In this document: positions 60,697 through 64,000 of the stretch, piece after piece | Numbering within the stretch: position 1 is the stretch's first letter | How the letters are laid out: each line of letters starts with the position of its first letter | Position numbers and translations under genes: made by a program | Source of the DNA: Ascoidea asiatica JCM 7603 | Taxonomy: Eukaryota > Fungi > Ascomycota | DNA length: 64,000 nucleotides | Reading direction: 5' to 3' | Assembly: GCA_001600695.1 (NCBI GenBank) | Contig: BCKQ01000003.1 | Span: 433,423 to 497,422 of the forward strand | Notes under the pieces: model-generated | Told to the model about the DNA's origin: nothing | The model's input: the letters and a program-made list of their open reading frames with translations, nothing else | Databases searched by the model: none

Positions 60697-61719
60697 TGTT
60701 GTGAATTTTCATTGATCTTACGAAATCGAATATATAAATTGTACGTACTTACAAACTATGTATTAATGAATTAACTGCTAATCGATGATGTAAAAAAAAA
60801 CTAAATAAATTATATAAGCAAAAAGAGGAAATCTATTCCTTTTATATTAATTCAGGATTCCAACGGGGTCCCGCAGAACTATTGAGAACTCTCGGGAATT
60901 CCCAAAAGTCCCAGGATTCCTTCGTAGAATCAGGGTGGGAATCAAGTTTACCCTGTAAAAAGGGTTGAAAACTTGATTAGAAATCAACTGAAATTCACAT
61001 TTCAAATTTACTATAGTAAAACCGATCAGCCCAGTTTCCAGTGGGGTAGATAATCGCACTAATTGCCAGGAATAGTCTTTAAAGCCGAAGCCCCGAGTCG
61101 GAATATATTCTTATGGGACGTGCTCCACTTGTCTCCTGTGTAATCCTACCCGATTCGCCAACCGCACTGACAATTATACCTTATCTTGCATTAAACTAGG
61201 CTTAGGAAACCACCCAGAAGGCGTCCCTGCCTTGATCCGATGGGTGTTCCGGATTTAACATATATCGGGATAGACACTAAATCCAAACTCCATTTTTATT
61301 CTCCTCCTACCTAGTTGCTTAGCTTTAATATGCTCTTAAAGGTTGTACGACTATGGCTGATACCAATCTGAAGGTCTTTTCTACTATGTACGCTATACCT
61401 AACGAAAGCGCACGTGACCTATGCCATGTGACTAGAATAAGATTGTATCTGACTTTCTGTGTAGCCGTACACAGAGTCTTGCAAGGTCATGTGAATTGAT
61501 GTATTCTTCAGGCAACGTAATGCAACTTTAAGCAAAAATATGAATATTGATGGCTAATTATGCATATCTATGCAAAATTGTTCATGATGTATACCAATTA
61601 TTGATTAATACATGACCTTGTTATGTCTACTATAGACACGTGTCTTTTAGATCTTCACCACCTCTGGTGTCAGCACCAATATATGCCCTAGCATATATAA
61701 ATCTCTATTATTTCCAACA
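60697..61719 (-). mobile_element. Solo LTR (1023 bp), same family as 41052-42091
   Basis: TGTTG...CAACA termini, perfect TSD ATAAC (60692-60696 / 61720-61724), full-length homology in inverted orientation. Confidence 0.95.
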
Positions 61720-61724
61720 ATAAC

Positions 61725-63250
61725 ACGATAACAATTCTAAATAAACCAGATACAAAGGATAAGATTTTTAAACAGTAAGAAGAATCAATTGGAAAAAAAC
61801 ATTTCTTTAACAGAGAAATTGCAGGACTTAAAGTGAAATTTGAATATGTCAAATATATCCAAGGAAGAATATCCTTAATTTAGATTATATAATGTGTTTT
61901 AAAGAAAAGCGAAACAGTTCTTTTCGGATGATGTTACCAGTTTCTATTGATGTCAAAACTACAATGTGAAGGAAGGAAATGTGATAGTAGAAGATAATAA
62001 CAACACAATAAATAATTAAAAGCATATGACTTACAGGACCAAGGTTATAAATAACTAACTTTGGATTCCCATGTCCAACATTTTAAAAAATGGTTTCAGT
62101 AAGCTATCAAAATCAGCCTCTGTAGCTGCACATATGATTTATGAACCCAATTTGAAAGAAAAGAACAAAATATTAGCTCCACTAATTCTTACAGAATTCT
62201 ATCACCGTAACGTCTAATTGAACATAATACCTACAACTTGAGAAACGAACAACAGAACTAAAGGTTGAAACAATTACTAGAAAATATGGAAACCAATTAA
62301 ATTGAAAACGAAGAACTGATTGATCTAGACAAGTATGTGGTTGATTCATAGAGATTATAGTCTCAAAGCACATTAAGAGTGGCAAAAGAAGACCAAATGA
62401 TATGTTATACAAAGCTAAAAAAAAATTAGACCAAACAAGACAAATGTTAATGTTGAACCCCATAATACAAATACTCCACTCATGAGCAAAAGAGGAACAA
62501 CCGAAGGTTCCGCAAAGTATGCGCCCATTCGAAAATATCCAGAAGTTTCAACTAGCAAAATTGAAGAACAAGATTAGTCACAAAAACCGTCCACGAACCA
62601 GAAGAAAAAGACACGAATCATGATTATTATGAAAATTTAGGATACCAAAACATTAAATACCAAGCGAACAGAACTATCAGGAAATCCCAATAATCCAAAT
62701 TCAAATCCAAAAAAACTGCCACTCTAAAATCTTCTTATAATAATAATGCCAAATCACAAAATGAAAAAACAAACAAAGTATTAATGATAGATCTGTTGTT
62801 GGTAATCAGGGAGACAGCTCTTCTGCAGAAGATCTCACCTAATCTAGGGATACGGATGATGATTTATCGAATGAAAGCGTTGTACACCTTATCGACTCAA
62901 ACTAGAAACGAAATTCCACAGCTAATCGTAATTTAAAAACTACTCCCACAATTACCAAACATATGCTTAACGTTAGTTGTAGAACAACTACTATAGCTAA
63001 TAATAAAGCTACTCCAAAACTAACTGACTAACAAATCTAATACCAAAACAAATTATAAAGTACCTACTAAAACAGTTATTAAAGGAACTATTAAATTAAA
63101 CTACGTAAGCAAATACTAAAACAACGTAATTAGGTTAAACAAGCCTTTGTTTTTCAAATGAAGTTTTCGCAGGCACGTTATCCCTATACTACCCGACATT
63201 ATTTAGAAAACTCACATGATCTTTCAAAAACATACTCGGTTTACGTTTTC
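61725..63250 (+). pseudogene. Unassigned degenerate coding relic (possibly retrotransposon gag/protease)
   Basis: A-rich coding-like strand bias with short protein-like frames; no diagnostic motif recognised. Confidence 0.2.
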
Positions 63251-64000
63251 GGAAACTAGTTAAGTGGACAATCTTCACAGAAGAAACTTAGTCACCTTCT
63301 TACTGCTTTATTGAATTAGTAAGACAAAATATACTTATTTTCCCTTTTAATTATTGAGTAAATTCACTTCAACAAAGTATTTCTCATCCATTTTTTTTCG
63401 TATTTTAAGTTCAAATTATTCCAATTAGTATCATTCTACCTTTCGTAAAATAATCAATTTGTATCCATTTACCTATTGTATTCAATTTTAGATTGACTGA
63501 AGGTCAATTTTATTTTGTTTATGTATATAAATATTATACGATTTCTAATATTTTAAACAACAATTCGTTTTTGTTATCTTATTTTTTATTTTCATGCTTT
63601 TATTGAAATTTACTTTCCAATATTAACATTTCCAAGACTATTAATTCTTATTTAGTCATTTTATCGTTATACATATTTTAGATTTTCTAATTTTTTAAAT
63701 AAATATTAATATTGATTTCATTGGGTAGAACCCAAGATTTAAAAGAAATTTTATACTATATGTTATTCTTATCTGTCACTCTATTTGATGTTTACTTTAA
63801 GTCTCAAATCACAATGTAAAAATTAGTTTAATGATTACCGATTCTTATTTATTAAGTTTATCAATATAACTATGTTATCCTTTGTAATTACTTCTAATAA
63901 ATATTTCACCTCCACTGGTATTCAAATATATACTCAATTGAGGAAGAATCAATCACATTACCTTAACTTTCAATTCTTTAAAAAAAAAAAAAAAGAAAAC

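Larger units (their letters stand above)
37100..64000. other. Gene-free, transposon-relic-dense block; candidate regional centromere / heterochromatin-like domain
   Basis: No intact host gene in ~27 kb (longest ORF is a 242-aa transposase fragment); nested LTRs and DNA transposons; abrupt boundary after 37089. Centromere identity is inference. Confidence 0.55.

Noticed and set aside
1-64000. CRISPR arrays, rRNA or intact tRNA genes
   Set aside because: None seen; the sequence is eukaryotic and the tandem repeats are simple microsatellites.

Overview
Eukaryotic, extremely AT-rich budding-yeast (Saccharomycotina) chromosomal DNA. Asn-rich low-complexity proteins, apparently intronless genes and rare in-frame CTG codons resemble Ascoidea-type (CUG-Ser2) genomes; this organism guess is inference only. 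Bases 1-37,089 are gene-dense: ECM30/HID1 (3' part), IES1-like, PCK1, MRX11, a secreted AA9 lytic polysaccharide monooxygenase with an unassigned 6-Cys C-terminal module, PGA1 overlapping HUB1 tail-to-tail, ABZ1, a pyruvate dehydrogenase kinase, a frameshifted ERS1/cystinosin, a Lys14-like Zn2Cys6 factor, an LMBR1-family protein, an F-box/LRR protein and a Uga3-like Zn2Cys6 factor. From about 37.1 kb to the window end (~27 kb) I find no intact gene, only nested transposon relics. These are a hAT-like MITE, a TA-flanked pogo/Fot1 DD35D element interrupted by a solo LTR, three related long solo LTRs (0.76-1.04 kb), a Ty1/copia pol relic, and a CACTA/EnSpm-like transposase relic followed by an OTU-like protease relic. 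The block also holds a ~350-bp inverted repeat with a 264-bp perfectly identical core around a 2.57-kb spacer. It is a candidate regional centromere and/or invertible segment. All family assignments are from motif recognition by eye, not database searches.
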